A model generated the notes under the pieces. It saw nothing but the letters and a program-made list of their open reading frames with translations, was not told where the DNA came from and searched no databases. Positions 1 through 9,958 of a DNA stretch of 32,000 nt are shown piece after piece. Each line of letters begins with the position of its first letter. The first letter of the stretch is position 1. This DNA is from Promethearchaeia archaeon (GTDB taxonomy: Archaea; Asgardarchaeota; Lokiarchaeia; Sigyniarchaeales; SOKP01), in contig JAWOFX010000134.1 in assembly GCA_046497275.1 (NCBI GenBank), positions 1 through 32,000 of the forward strand, read 5' to 3'. A program made the position numbers and the translations under genes.

Positions 1-752
1 CCCCCTTTTCGAACAACATCTATGGCAGCATTTACTAATACAGGCACTCCTGAACATTCAAATACAAAATCAGCTCCAGATATTCCTTTTTTATTTGCTC
101 TTTTGATTTTAGATAATTTGAGCTTATTTAATGCGACATCAGGATCAAATTTCTTTGCAATCTCTAATCTATAAGGATTTTTTTCTACAACTACAATGGT
201 TCGGGCTCCTGCCAACTTCAAACATTGTAATGTAAACTGCCCCATTGTGCCCATCCCTAGAATAACAGCAGAATTTCCAGCAGTAAAATTTATTTCTCTT
301 AAGCCCATTAATGGAGTAGCAATCTGATCAAATACCGTACCATATTTATCGGGAATTGAATCTGGTAAAGCAATAAGAGTTTCCTCATTTACTAATATGT
401 ATTCGGCTAGTCCTCCATTCGCACCTATTCCAATTTCATCGGCAAAGGCACAAAGATTAATAAGACCTTTTTTACAAAAATAACACTTACCACATGCTAT
501 TGCAGGAAAAATTGTAACTCGATCTCCTATTTTCCATCTTTTTACCTCAGATCCAAGTTCTGCAATTGTTCCACAAATTTCATGCCCTAATACAACATGA
601 GCAGGATAAAGCCCTGTTTTGTAGGCTTCAAGATCCGAACCACATATTCCAGCGTATTTTACTTTGACCAAAACTTCCTTTCCCTTAGGTGTTGGTTTTG
701 GAAGGTCTACTAGTTCGATCTTTTTTTTACCTTGATATTTTGCGCCTAAAAT
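1..752 (-). CDS. Zn-dependent medium-chain alcohol/polyol dehydrogenase (MDR family), 3' end truncated by window edge; no in-frame ATG, probable ATT start at 752
   Basis: Not in the ORF track; translated by hand: (I/M)LGAKYQGKKKIELVDLPKPTPKGKEVLVKVKYAGICGSD...VLGHEICG...CGKCYFCKKGLINLC...ILGMGTMG...VFECSG. Catalytic Zn motifs (GICGSD, GHE), structural Zn Cys cluster and a Rossmann GxGxxG are present. In-frame TGA at 761-759 bounds the 5' end. Confidence 0.92.
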   Translation of the reverse strand, partial: MLGAKYQGKKKIELVDLPKPTPKGKEVLVKVKYAGICGSDLEAYKTGLYPAHVVLGHEICGTIAELGSEVKRWKIGDRVTIFPAIACGKCYFCKKGLINLCAFADEIGIGANGGLAEYILVNEETLIALPDSIPDKYGTVFDQIATPLMGLREINFTAGNSAVILGMGTMGQFTLQCLKLAGARTIVVVEKNPYRLEIAKKFDPDVALNKLKLSKIKRANKKGISGADFVFECSGVPVLVNAAIDVVRKG

Positions 753-758
753 ACCTCC

Positions 759-763
759 TCACC
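759..763 (-). promoter_or_regulatory. Archaeal Shine-Dalgarno GGTGA, 6 nt upstream of the ATT at 752
   Basis: Minus strand reads GGTGA-GGAGGT-ATT-TTA-GGC. The same GGTGA motif lies 7 nt before the ferritin ATG (14752-14756). Confidence 0.5.
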
Positions 764-1054
764 ATCCTTTTTAACTTCTAAATCAATTAATTGCACATTA
801 TTTACTTTTATCATAGCTCTCTCCACCTAACTTTTATATTTTAATTATTTTTTCTTTCTAATTTATTTTTAATTCATCATAATTTCTTAAAATTATCTCT
901 CCACTGAAAATTGAGTCGATTCAACTCTCGTTTTATTATTGATGTTTTGATATTTAATATTTTATATTTTTTCTAATGATCTTTCAAAAATCTCCTGTTG
1001 AATCTTTAGAACTATTAAAATAATTTTTAAAAATAAAAACAAATTTTTCTAAGT

Positions 1055-3100
1055 ATGAGCGAACAAGAATATGAATTTCAAGCAGAAATAAGAAAATTAC
1101 TTGATATTTTGAGTAAATCATTATATAAACACAAGGAGATTTTTCTACGAGAATTAATAAGTAATGCTGTTGACGCACTGAAGAAAATTAAATTTATTCT
1201 TTTAACAAACAGAGATATTGAGGATCCAGATGAGGATTTGCGAATTGAACTATATTTTAATCCAAAAGAAAAAACTTTGACCATAAGGGATTATGGGGTT
1301 GGTATGGGAAAAAACGAACTCATCAATGATTTAGGGACTATAGCAGGTAGTGGAACTGAAAAATTTATTAAAAAATTAAAAGAGATGAAAGATAAAGAAG
1401 ATAAAACAATAGATTTGGATATTATAGGTCAATTTGGTATAGGATTCTATTCGGTATTTATGGTAGCTAAAAATGTAAAAGTACGTACAAAATCTTATTT
1501 AAAAGAAGAAGACGCCTATGAATGGGAATCCAAGGGTACAGGAAAATTTAATATTAAGACTATTGAAAAGAAAAAACGAGGTACTGATGTAATTGTTTAT
1601 TTACAAGAAGAAGAGGAAGAGTTTCTCAATGAATTTCGTCTTGGGAATATTATTAGAAAATATTCAAACTTTGTACCGTTTCCTATCTATATTTATGAAT
1701 TGGAGGAAGGGATCATTCCAGAAGAGGGCAAGATAAAAGTCGAGGAGGAAGAAGAGGAAGAAGAGGGAGAAGAAGAAAAAAAGAAAGAACCCGCTAATAA
1801 AGTCGAACCACTTTGGAAGAAAAAAAAGGATGAGATAACTGAGGAAGAATATAAGGAATTTTATCACTATATTTCGAATCGCTACGATGATTATCTTCAT
1901 GTAATAAATTATCAAGTAGGTGGACGCATACGATTTCGGTCTCTTTTATATATTCCAGAATCACCTTCTCAAGATATTTTGCAGCCTGAAACAGACTATG
2001 GATTAGCACTGTATTCGAAAAATGTAATGATTATGGAGAATTGTAAAGAATTAATCCCACAATGGATGAGATTTGTGAAAGGAGTGCTTGAATCGGAAGA
2101 TATTCCATTAAATATATCACGAGAAACCATTCAATCCAATCGCTTAATGATGAAGATGAGCGGTTTAATTGTAAAAAAACTTATTCGGGAATTGAAGGAT
2201 CTTGCTAAGAATGATAAAGAGAAATACTTGAAATTTTGGAATGAATTTGCTCATTTTATTAAAGAAGGAATTATTACAGATGTCGCTCGCAAGGATAAAC
2301 TTAAAGATTTACTACGAGTTAAGTCATCAAAAACAGATAAAGATGAGTTAATTGGACTTCAAGATTACGTAGATCGCATGAAGGATGATCAAGAAAAAAT
2401 TTTCTATCTGGTAGGGGAAGATTTAGAGATTATGAAAAGTTCTCCACATTTGGGATATTATAATGAGAATGATCTCGAGGTTATCCTATTAGATGAGCCA
2501 ATTGATAATTTTTTAATGATGAACATGAATGATTACAAAGTGGAGATGGAAGAAGGTGAGGGCGAAGAGAAAGAAATGAACTATATTAAATTTTCACCCA
2601 TCGATGTTGCTGAACCAGAGGAAGAAGAAAAAGAAAAAGAGGAAGAGGAAAAGGAGAAGAAAGAGAAAGAAGAAAAAGTCTCCCAAGAAGTTAAATCATT
2701 TTTGGAATATGTAGAATCGATATTAGAAGAGAAAATTATTAATGCAAAACCATCTGATAAGTTATACGGAAGCCCTTGCAGATTAGCAAACCCAGCTGGT
2801 GGTCCCACTTCAAGTCAACAACGAGCGATGCGTTATTGGACGCAAAATATTTCTGGAGAAAAATTCACTATCCCCAAAAAAATTCTTGAATTTAATCCAA
2901 AACATCCTATTGTGGAAAATTTAATTCGAATTTATAATGAAGACAAAGATAATGAAATTGTAAAACCCATTGTTACTCAGTTGTTTGAAAACTGTCTCTT
3001 ATCTGAAGGAGATTTACCAAATCCCTCTTCAATGGTTCCAAGAATAAATCAATTGATAGAGATGCTAATAGCGAGAAAATCCGATCAAGAAAAATCTTAA
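1055..3100 (+). CDS. htpG: Hsp90-family molecular chaperone HtpG
   Basis: Signatures KEIFLRELISNAVDAL, IRDYGVGM, DLGTIAGSGT, IIGQFGIGFYSVFMVA, RGTDV, FVKGVLESEDIPLNISRETIQ (catalytic Arg loop) and ILEFNPKHPIV; 681 aa; no MEEVD C-terminus. Confidence 0.98.
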   Translation: MSEQEYEFQAEIRKLLDILSKSLYKHKEIFLRELISNAVDALKKIKFILLTNRDIEDPDEDLRIELYFNPKEKTLTIRDYGVGMGKNELINDLGTIAGSGTEKFIKKLKEMKDKEDKTIDLDIIGQFGIGFYSVFMVAKNVKVRTKSYLKEEDAYEWESKGTGKFNIKTIEKKKRGTDVIVYLQEEEEEFLNEFRLGNIIRKYSNFVPFPIYIYELEEGIIPEEGKIKVEEEEEEEEGEEEKKKEPANKVEPLWKKKKDEITEEEYKEFYHYISNRYDDYLHVINYQVGGRIRFRSLLYIPESPSQDILQPETDYGLALYSKNVMIMENCKELIPQWMRFVKGVLESEDIPLNISRETIQSNRLMMKMSGLIVKKLIRELKDLAKNDKEKYLKFWNEFAHFIKEGIITDVARKDKLKDLLRVKSSKTDKDELIGLQDYVDRMKDDQEKIFYLVGEDLEIMKSSPHLGYYNENDLEVILLDEPIDNFLMMNMNDYKVEMEEGEGEEKEMNYIKFSPIDVAEPEEEEKEKEEEEKEKKEKEEKVSQEVKSFLEYVESILEEKIINAKPSDKLYGSPCRLANPAGGPTSSQQRAMRYWTQNISGEKFTIPKKILEFNPKHPIVENLIRIYNEDKDNEIVKPIVTQLFENCLLSEGDLPNPSSMVPRINQLIEMLIARKSDQEKS

Positions 3101-3223
3101 TATTATATAGTAAGGAGATTCAGGTTTTTATTTTACTTACTTTTTTCATATCTTTTTTTACCATTATTTTTTTCAAATAAAAGATAAATAGAATTAATAA
3201 GAAAATAAGTTAATAAAAATATC

Positions 3224-4114
3224 ATGCAAAATATAAATAATTCTCTCATTGAAGTTGATAGAGATAAATGTACGAAATGTAAAGCATGTATTAAAGCATG
3301 CCCTGCTCAGTTATTTTTCATAGAATCTGATAATCTTGAAATAACGGGCATTTTTGAAGATACTTGTATTCAATGCGGTCATTGTGTAGCAATTTGTCCA
3401 GTTGAAGCTATTAGATTAAAAAAATATGATCAAGATCTGCCTAAAGTAAAACAGATTAAAAAAAATCTACCTAATTTTGACTCATTTCGAAATTTAACCT
3501 TGATCCGTAGATCCAAAAGGCAATTTAAGGATAAAGTAATCCCTAAAGGAGATATTGAGACACTTCTTAATTTAACACGACATTCGCCCACCGCAAAAAA
3601 TACTCAAAATGTCTTCTTCTCAGTCGTCCAAGATAAAGAAGTAGTTTCAAAAATTTCAAAAGAAATAACCAATAATATGCAGAATTTTGTAAATATGGCA
3701 GAGAACGAACGAGGAAAGGAGATTTTGAAAACCCAAATGTCAGAAAAAGGATACAATGAAGCAATTGAAATGTTACCTCAAACAAAATGGATTTTAGAAA
3801 AAGTGAATCAAGGAGTTGATTTTTGGTGTTGGAACGGACAATTAATTAGTATTCATGGTAAGGAAGAAATCGGAGGAATCTCCCAAGATTGTTCTTTAGC
3901 AGCCACTTATATTATGCTCGGAGCAGAATTGCTTGGCTTAGGAACGTGTTCATTAGGCTATCTTACGTATTTCTCGAATAGATCAAAAAAAATCAAAAAG
4001 CTTATGAAAATTCCAAATGATCATCGTGTTGGCTATTCTTTAGCAATTGGATATCCAAAGGCTAATTATACGAGAGTTCCGCCCAGAGAAGATATAAAAA
4101 TTGAGTGGGTTTAA
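3224..4114 (+). CDS. Nitroreductase family protein with N-terminal 2x[4Fe-4S] ferredoxin domain
   Basis: CTKCKACIKACP and CIQCGHCVAICP, then nitroreductase motifs RRSKRQF, SPTAKNTQ, LGAELLGLGTCSLG and LAIGYP. Confidence 0.92.
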   Translation: MQNINNSLIEVDRDKCTKCKACIKACPAQLFFIESDNLEITGIFEDTCIQCGHCVAICPVEAIRLKKYDQDLPKVKQIKKNLPNFDSFRNLTLIRRSKRQFKDKVIPKGDIETLLNLTRHSPTAKNTQNVFFSVVQDKEVVSKISKEITNNMQNFVNMAENERGKEILKTQMSEKGYNEAIEMLPQTKWILEKVNQGVDFWCWNGQLISIHGKEEIGGISQDCSLAATYIMLGAELLGLGTCSLGYLTYFSNRSKKIKKLMKIPNDHRVGYSLAIGYPKANYTRVPPREDIKIEWV

Positions 4115-4126
4115 GGTAAATAATTA

Positions 4127-5623
4127 TTATCGATTCAATTTTTTTCCTTTAATCATATCAAAGGTTATATCATCGTTGGTTTTATCGCGCCAAGATCGTA
4201 ATCTGGTTTTCATATCTTTTAACATATCGCTATAGTCTTCTATATCAATTAAATTATTTAACTCGTAAGGATCTTCTTTCAAATCATAAAACTCATCCAT
4301 ATAACCTTCATTGTAAATATATTTATAACGTTCCGTGATTAATGCTCTTCCTACATTCGTTGTAAAATGCCCATGCGTTTCAACGAATTGTTCCTCTTTC
4401 CATTTGCTGTTAGGATTCTTTAATAATGGTACTAAACTCATTCCATGGACGGAATTCCTAAATTTTGTTCCAGCTATATCTAAGAAAGTAGTTGGATAAT
4501 CTACATTACTCACGAATTTATCACATTTTTTCCCTGGGGAGACCATATCAGGCCATTTAATAGCTAAAGGAACACGTATCACCTCTTGGGGCATGTAAGC
4601 ATCTTTATCAAAATGACCCCCATGAGAAGCTACAGCATCACCATGATCTGCCGCCCAAATAATGACGGTATTGTCCGCTAACCCAAGATCTTCCAGAGTA
4701 TCTAAAAAATTTCCCACCGCATCATCAATGAGAGTTTGCTCTGAATAATTAATAGCTAATATTTTTTGCCATTCTGACCAAGGTAAGGGATTCGGCAATA
4801 TTAAATGCTTATCCTCACTGAGAAGATCACCATTTTGCCTTCGATATAATTCTGGTTTAGTGTCTAAATTGTCTATAAAATTTGGGTGTTGAGGAATTTT
4901 TTCTGGCTCGTATAAATCTAAATACTCTTGTGAAGTGATGTAAGGTTCATGGGGCCCCCAAAAATCAATTCTCATATGAAAGGGGTGCTTATTTTCATCT
5001 TTAGCGATTTCTTTTAGTTTCTCGCAGGCCATATGTGTAAGAAAAAATGCTTCATGTGTTTCTTTGGGAGTGGTCATAATTGCTGTGAAATATTCTGAGT
5101 ATACCGGAAATCGCGGTTCATATAACTCCCCCTCTTTTATCCCAAGATTTTTCGAGATCGGGTCTTCAAAGTTCTTTTGAATTCTAACTTGAATATAATC
5201 TAAATTATTTTGCTCTAAGTATTTTTTATATTCCGGAGTCAAATAAGGATTTCCATACCCTGGTAAAGAGAACCCTTCGCAACCGAAATCTAGAGCAGTT
5301 CCAGCTCCCGCATGCCACTTACCAAAATAATAATTTTTATATCCTTGTTCTGCTAGTTTTTCAAAATATATTTCATTACGATAATCTTCATTTGTTTCAT
5401 TTTTGATTTCTCCATGACTATGTGGATATAACCCAGTAAGGAGTGTTCTTCGCGCTGGACCACATAATGGACAAGCGGTATAAGATTGTGTAAATTCAAC
5501 TCCCTCGTTAACTACTCTTTCATAATTTGGTTTATGAATCTTAGGAGCATTTGCTTGCTGTCCATGTCCATAAAATGCTTTATGGTCTTCAAAAATTAGA
5601 ATAATATTAGGTTTCTTGCTCAT
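4127..5623 (-). CDS. Formylglycine-dependent (Cys-type) sulfatase
   Basis: KKPNIILI start, FTQSYTACPLCGPARRTLLTGLYP (CxPxR), FGKWH, DFWGPHEP, ADHGD, YDLKEDPYELNNL. Confidence 0.93.
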   Translation of the reverse strand: MSKKPNIILIFEDHKAFYGHGQQANAPKIHKPNYERVVNEGVEFTQSYTACPLCGPARRTLLTGLYPHSHGEIKNETNEDYRNEIYFEKLAEQGYKNYYFGKWHAGAGTALDFGCEGFSLPGYGNPYLTPEYKKYLEQNNLDYIQVRIQKNFEDPISKNLGIKEGELYEPRFPVYSEYFTAIMTTPKETHEAFFLTHMACEKLKEIAKDENKHPFHMRIDFWGPHEPYITSQEYLDLYEPEKIPQHPNFIDNLDTKPELYRRQNGDLLSEDKHLILPNPLPWSEWQKILAINYSEQTLIDDAVGNFLDTLEDLGLADNTVIIWAADHGDAVASHGGHFDKDAYMPQEVIRVPLAIKWPDMVSPGKKCDKFVSNVDYPTTFLDIAGTKFRNSVHGMSLVPLLKNPNSKWKEEQFVETHGHFTTNVGRALITERYKYIYNEGYMDEFYDLKEDPYELNNLIDIEDYSDMLKDMKTRLRSWRDKTNDDITFDMIKGKKLNR

Positions 5624-5858
5624 TTATTTTATTCTCTTAATATCTATGAATTAAAATTAAAATGCTACTTAACTTCCTATAAAGATATTTAGGATTATTA
5701 TGAATTCTATAAATAACTTATCATCAGTATGGTTTCTATTTTAGAATTAAGAGAATCATAATATTTGAAGAGAAAATATATTATACTTAAGAACAATAAG
5801 ATTTAATTAAAATTTAAGATAAATTAAGTAAAAAACCAAATGTATTTATCAATTAAAG

Positions 5859-6959
5859 ATGACACCTAGAAGAGAATTGAACCCGGCGGCACGTATGCTA
5901 AAATCGATGGCATATTTAAAGCCGGATAGAGTACCCGTTTTATTTTTTCCCGAATTCGACCTTATGGCAGATTTCGCTGGCAAGAAAGTGAAAGAATACC
6001 TTAATGATGTAGATTTACAAATTGAGACCGGAGAGAGATTTAAAGAGAGATTTTCTGATGCCTATTGCGCAGTTTCTATATACCAACCATACGCAGTTGC
6101 AGAAGCATTGGGCTGTAAATTAATGGAACCGGAGGATTTAATCCCATCCGTGCTAGAAAGGGCTATTCAATCACCCAAAGAAATTGAAGAGTTAAAAGTC
6201 CCAGACACTTTATGGGATTTGCCCGGTACGGGAGACTGGTTAGAAAAAATCGAATATTCCTTAGAATCTGGTATAAAACCCGCTGGTACAGGTGAATTTG
6301 GTCCAGTAGAATTAGCAACTTTAATTTATGGTTATAACAAATTTTTATTTCATATGGTCAAAAAACCTGAGTTGATTCATACTCTATTGGAAAAATGTAC
6401 TGAAGTTGTTATAAAATTCCAAAAAGAATGGATTGAACTTATTGGTGGGTATGCGACTATTATACTTATAGCAGATCATGTCAGCGGTTTCATGCGAAGG
6501 AAATATATTGATGAATTTTTTGCTCCGTATCATAAGAGAGTATGTGAAGAACTGACGCCAATGACTGGAGCTATGTTTTATCATTCAGAAAATGAAAGTG
6601 AGCATTTTTTGGATGAAATAGGCGATTGGGGATATGCGATGTTCCATGGACAAGAATGGGGTCCTCATAAAAAAGCAAAAGAAACAGTTATGAATTTAGA
6701 AAACAAATTTACTTTAGTAGGACAAATACCTGGTCGAGATGTAATGCTCAGAGAACCTGATGATGAAGTTTTAAAACAAAAAATTATTGAAAATATTACC
6801 ATCTATGGTCCGGGAAGTGGTTATATCCTCTCGACGGGTGGTGGTGTCAATAGAGGTACTCCATTTGAGCGAATGGATATGATGATTGAACTGACTAAAA
6901 AATACGGAAGATATAAAACAAAGAGAAAGCTCTATGGACCAGAGGAAGGTTTAGATTAG
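5859..6959 (+). CDS. Uroporphyrinogen decarboxylase-like / MtaA-CmuA methylcobamide methyltransferase family protein
   Basis: PDRVPV, VAEALGC, FGPVELATLIYG...F..HMVKKPELIHTLLEKCT, IADHVSG, VGQIP and GYILSTGGGVNRGTPFERM follow the URO-D TIM-barrel superfamily pattern. It lacks the RQAGR motif of true HemE. Confidence 0.85.
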   Translation: MTPRRELNPAARMLKSMAYLKPDRVPVLFFPEFDLMADFAGKKVKEYLNDVDLQIETGERFKERFSDAYCAVSIYQPYAVAEALGCKLMEPEDLIPSVLERAIQSPKEIEELKVPDTLWDLPGTGDWLEKIEYSLESGIKPAGTGEFGPVELATLIYGYNKFLFHMVKKPELIHTLLEKCTEVVIKFQKEWIELIGGYATIILIADHVSGFMRRKYIDEFFAPYHKRVCEELTPMTGAMFYHSENESEHFLDEIGDWGYAMFHGQEWGPHKKAKETVMNLENKFTLVGQIPGRDVMLREPDDEVLKQKIIENITIYGPGSGYILSTGGGVNRGTPFERMDMMIELTKKYGRYKTKRKLYGPEEGLD

Positions 6960-7071
6960 TCTATAACTGATCTTAAGCATATCCTATACAGTTTTTTAAA
7001 TCTTACTTTTATAGGATGCGATCTAACTAAAAAATAAGTAAGAAAAAATTAGATTAATTAAAAATTTAAAT

Positions 7072-8043
7072 TTAAGGTTGCACTCGCACTAACGATGCCC
7101 GAAATTCCTTTTTACGTTTCCAATTTTTGTAAAAAGCATATACCACTACGGCAATAATTACTGCTCCAACAATACTTACTGTAAGCCAAACCGCCCATTC
7201 TGTACCATAAGGCGTTATCTTGTAAAAAACATTCTCATCACTATCTAAAAAAGTTATAGTTGATTGTAATCCTGTTTTTTCAAAGTTTATTTGAACACTA
7301 TAATTATCTTCACCTTGAATGTCTAATATGAGGGTATTTGCTTCACTAGAAACATTTACATTATTTAAAGTGTTCACCATTTCTGTTAAATAGGAATCAA
7401 TTGGGCTAGCAACCGCGAATCTAGTGCGGAACAGTTCAAATAAGAAATTATTAGCGGTATAATTTGATAAAATCTTGAGAGGCGCTGTATAATTATTAAC
7501 TTCTTCCGTGAATGAATTATAATCGTCTAAGAGTGTTTTAAAACCTTGTGGATCTTTAAGGATGTATGAAACGCTATTAGGGTAGGTTGCGCTTTCTGGT
7601 AAATTTTCTGGGTGAAAACTCCATTTTGCGGTTAATATAAGATTTATCTCATAAGTTGTAGTATAATTTTCATCCACAAAACTCTGATTGAACCCTAACC
7701 CTATCAGAGTTGGTATTCTATCTGGGGGAATAAGTAGGCTGAAAAATAGTTCTGAAGTATTATAAGTAACATCATACCACCCACGAAAAATACTTTTACT
7801 CTCTGAACCTGTGATGTTTGCATTCTCCCCAAAATATTCTTCTGGTCCGAATTCTTCACTAACGGTTGCATTCCATATTTCTTCATCATATGAATCTATC
7901 CTATACCTCATCGAACCTTTTTGTAGTGAAACAGAATAATTTGCTGCTGATATAAAAGAAGGAGTAAACAACCAGATAATAATCCATCCAAGCATTACAA
8001 AGACTTTAAATTTTCTATTTATCTTAATTCTTTTTGTTGTCAT
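7072..8043 (-). CDS. Membrane-anchored extracellular glycoprotein, last gene of the ABC operon
   Basis: N-terminal basic and hydrophobic signal, C-terminal TM helix with basic tail, 10 N-x-S/T sequons counted; start is 1 nt from the permease stop. Confidence 0.75.
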   Translation of the reverse strand: MTTKRIKINRKFKVFVMLGWIIIWLFTPSFISAANYSVSLQKGSMRYRIDSYDEEIWNATVSEEFGPEEYFGENANITGSESKSIFRGWYDVTYNTSELFFSLLIPPDRIPTLIGLGFNQSFVDENYTTTYEINLILTAKWSFHPENLPESATYPNSVSYILKDPQGFKTLLDDYNSFTEEVNNYTAPLKILSNYTANNFLFELFRTRFAVASPIDSYLTEMVNTLNNVNVSSEANTLILDIQGEDNYSVQINFEKTGLQSTITFLDSDENVFYKITPYGTEWAVWLTVSIVGAVIIAVVVYAFYKNWKRKKEFRASLVRVQP

Positions 8044-8044
8044 T

Positions 8045-8881
8045 CTATAATTGCCTCCTTTTGAAAATTATAGCCGCAAATAATAAACTAAAGAACGTAT
8101 ATATAAGCATAATAGAGATTCCTGCGAATATTGTGGGCGTATTCCATGTTCTGAAAGTGAAATTTCTTACAGAAATTTGAGTGTATCGTTCCGCTACGGT
8201 TTCTGGAAAATCTAAATATAAAATAGATGACATTAAATTTCCCGCATATTGTAATGAGTAGAGTGGTTCAATATCAGGATTAGCTAAGACAACGAATTGG
8301 GTAATTACGTTAAAAGCGATTAACAGAATTAGAATTGTAGTAATTATTGTTATATTTTCTTTTTTCATGAACGAACTGAAAAAGGTTATGAAACTACTTA
8401 CCGCTAAAATATATAAAAGAGCCATCCCAAATGATTGAAAGAATCTAAAGTTAAGAGGGCCACCATAATAATATAATCCAAGTAATCCTAAAGTGAAATA
8501 AAATACACCACTTATGCCCATTACTAAAGCATAACTGCCGATATATTTCCCAATAATTAGTTTATATTTGCTTATCTTGGGAAAGAGGATGAATCCAGTC
8601 TCTTTATCATATTCGGAGCATATAATTCCTGAAAAAAAGAAACAATTCGCAAAGATCAGGATAAATGAAAGAAAAGTCTGATTTGTTCTGAAGTATTCCG
8701 TTTGGATCGATGGTAGCGAGTTTCCAGGAAAAAACGCATAAGGTAACCAACTTGCTAATAGGACTAGTCCAACAGTAATAACTGAAAAAGCAATAAATTT
8801 CTTCCATTGTTTTTTTAATTCAAATATAAACGTATGTCCAATCGGTTTCATTCCTATATATAATTTATTAAAAAAGTCCAT
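8045..8881 (-). CDS. ABC-2 type transporter permease
   Basis: About 6 hydrophobic segments; ICSEYDKETGFILFPKISKYKLIIGKY is a typical ABC-2 EAA-like loop; adjacent to the ATPase. Confidence 0.9.
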   Translation of the reverse strand: MDFFNKLYIGMKPIGHTFIFELKKQWKKFIAFSVITVGLVLLASWLPYAFFPGNSLPSIQTEYFRTNQTFLSFILIFANCFFFSGIICSEYDKETGFILFPKISKYKLIIGKYIGSYALVMGISGVFYFTLGLLGLYYYGGPLNFRFFQSFGMALLYILAVSSFITFFSSFMKKENITIITTILILLIAFNVITQFVVLANPDIEPLYSLQYAGNLMSSILYLDFPETVAERYTQISVRNFTFRTWNTPTIFAGISIMLIYTFFSLLFAAIIFKRRQL

Positions 8882-8885
8882 TTTT

Positions 8886-9953
8886 CTAATTAAACCTCCT
8901 TCTATTCATTTCTTTTTGTGCATCTGTTCCTATTAATTGTTCATAGATACGTTCTAATTGGGATGTTCTAGGTTGTGAAAATGATACGATATTTAGCTCA
9001 GGAAAATCATTGACCAGAATCTTGAGTATTTTTGCTCGTGATTCTCTTTTTCCATCATAATATATGTTAAACTCCTTATCTTTTATGTTATAGGATATTG
9101 GGATTTTCGATATTTTTGGATCTAAATCCTTATCTAAATAAGGCTCAAGTTCCTTAGTTAATTTGTCTATTATTGGTTTTAACTTATCTGAAGATATATC
9201 TTTTAAAGGTTGGAATACCAATTCGTTAGTTTTTAAATTTAGTTCCAAATTTTCAATCGTATCGAATGCGACGATTTGTCCACGGTTTATTAACGCAATC
9301 TTATCACAAATTTCTGAAATCTCGTGTAATAGATGTGAAGCAACGAAGATAGTTTTTCCTTGTTTTTGTAAAGATCGAATAAAACGCCGAACATCAATGC
9401 GAGCTTTCGGATCTAGTCCCGTTTGTGGTTCATCAAGGATAATAAAATCGGGATCATGAATAATAGCTTGTATTATCCCTAGTTTTTGCTTCATCCCCTT
9501 TGAGAATTCATCAACGGTTTCATATTTCCATTCATATAAATTGAATAATTGGAGCAATTTGTTCATTCTGTCTTCAATTTGATCGTTTGGATAATTCTGT
9601 AATTTCGCAAAATATTTTAATAATTGAGCTGGTGTCATTTCATAAAATGAGGGAATATCTATGAGAAACCCCCTCGGAACGAGGTTTCTATCATTTTCAA
9701 ATAAGTTTTGAAGCTCTCCGTGTTTATTTTGAACAAAGATTTTTCCACTTGTAGGTTTCATAATGGTTGAGATCATCTTAATTGTTGTCGTTTTTCCTGC
9801 TCCATTAGGCCCTACCAATCCAATTGTTTCCCCTCTTTTGACTTCTATATTTATATTATCAACTGCTTTCAGGTTCCCAAAATGTTTACTCAAATTCTCG
9901 AGTTTAATGATAGTTTCTAAAATTCTTTTCACCTGCTTTGATTTTTTTATCAA
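8886..9953 (-). CDS. ABC transporter ATP-binding protein (exporter type)
   Basis: Walker A GPNGAGKTT, signature FSKGMKQK, Walker B IILDEP, SHLLHE. Confidence 0.97.
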   Translation of the reverse strand: MIKKSKQVKRILETIIKLENLSKHFGNLKAVDNINIEVKRGETIGLVGPNGAGKTTTIKMISTIMKPTSGKIFVQNKHGELQNLFENDRNLVPRGFLIDIPSFYEMTPAQLLKYFAKLQNYPNDQIEDRMNKLLQLFNLYEWKYETVDEFSKGMKQKLGIIQAIIHDPDFIILDEPQTGLDPKARIDVRRFIRSLQKQGKTIFVASHLLHEISEICDKIALINRGQIVAFDTIENLELNLKTNELVFQPLKDISSDKLKPIIDKLTKELEPYLDKDLDPKISKIPISYNIKDKEFNIYYDGKRESRAKILKILVNDFPELNIVSFSQPRTSQLERIYEQLIGTDAQKEMNRRRFN

Positions 9954-9958
9954 ACATT

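Noticed and set aside
911-924. Near-palindrome TTGAGTCGATTCAA upstream of htpG as a possible heat-shock operator
   Set aside because: It does not match CIRCE or the archaeal heat-shock boxes I know, and it is a single imperfect copy.
1741-2680. GAA/GAG purine-rich runs in htpG as tandem repeats
   Set aside because: They are explained by poly-Glu/Lys coding, treated under the Hsp90 finding; not a separate DNA element.
3224-4114. Ferredoxin-nitroreductase fusion as a novelty
   Set aside because: This architecture is common in anaerobic bacteria and archaea.
6977-7019. Imperfect hairpin (ATCCTATA...TATAGGAT) between convergent genes
   Set aside because: Long loop, bulged stem and no clear U-tract; too weak to call a terminator.
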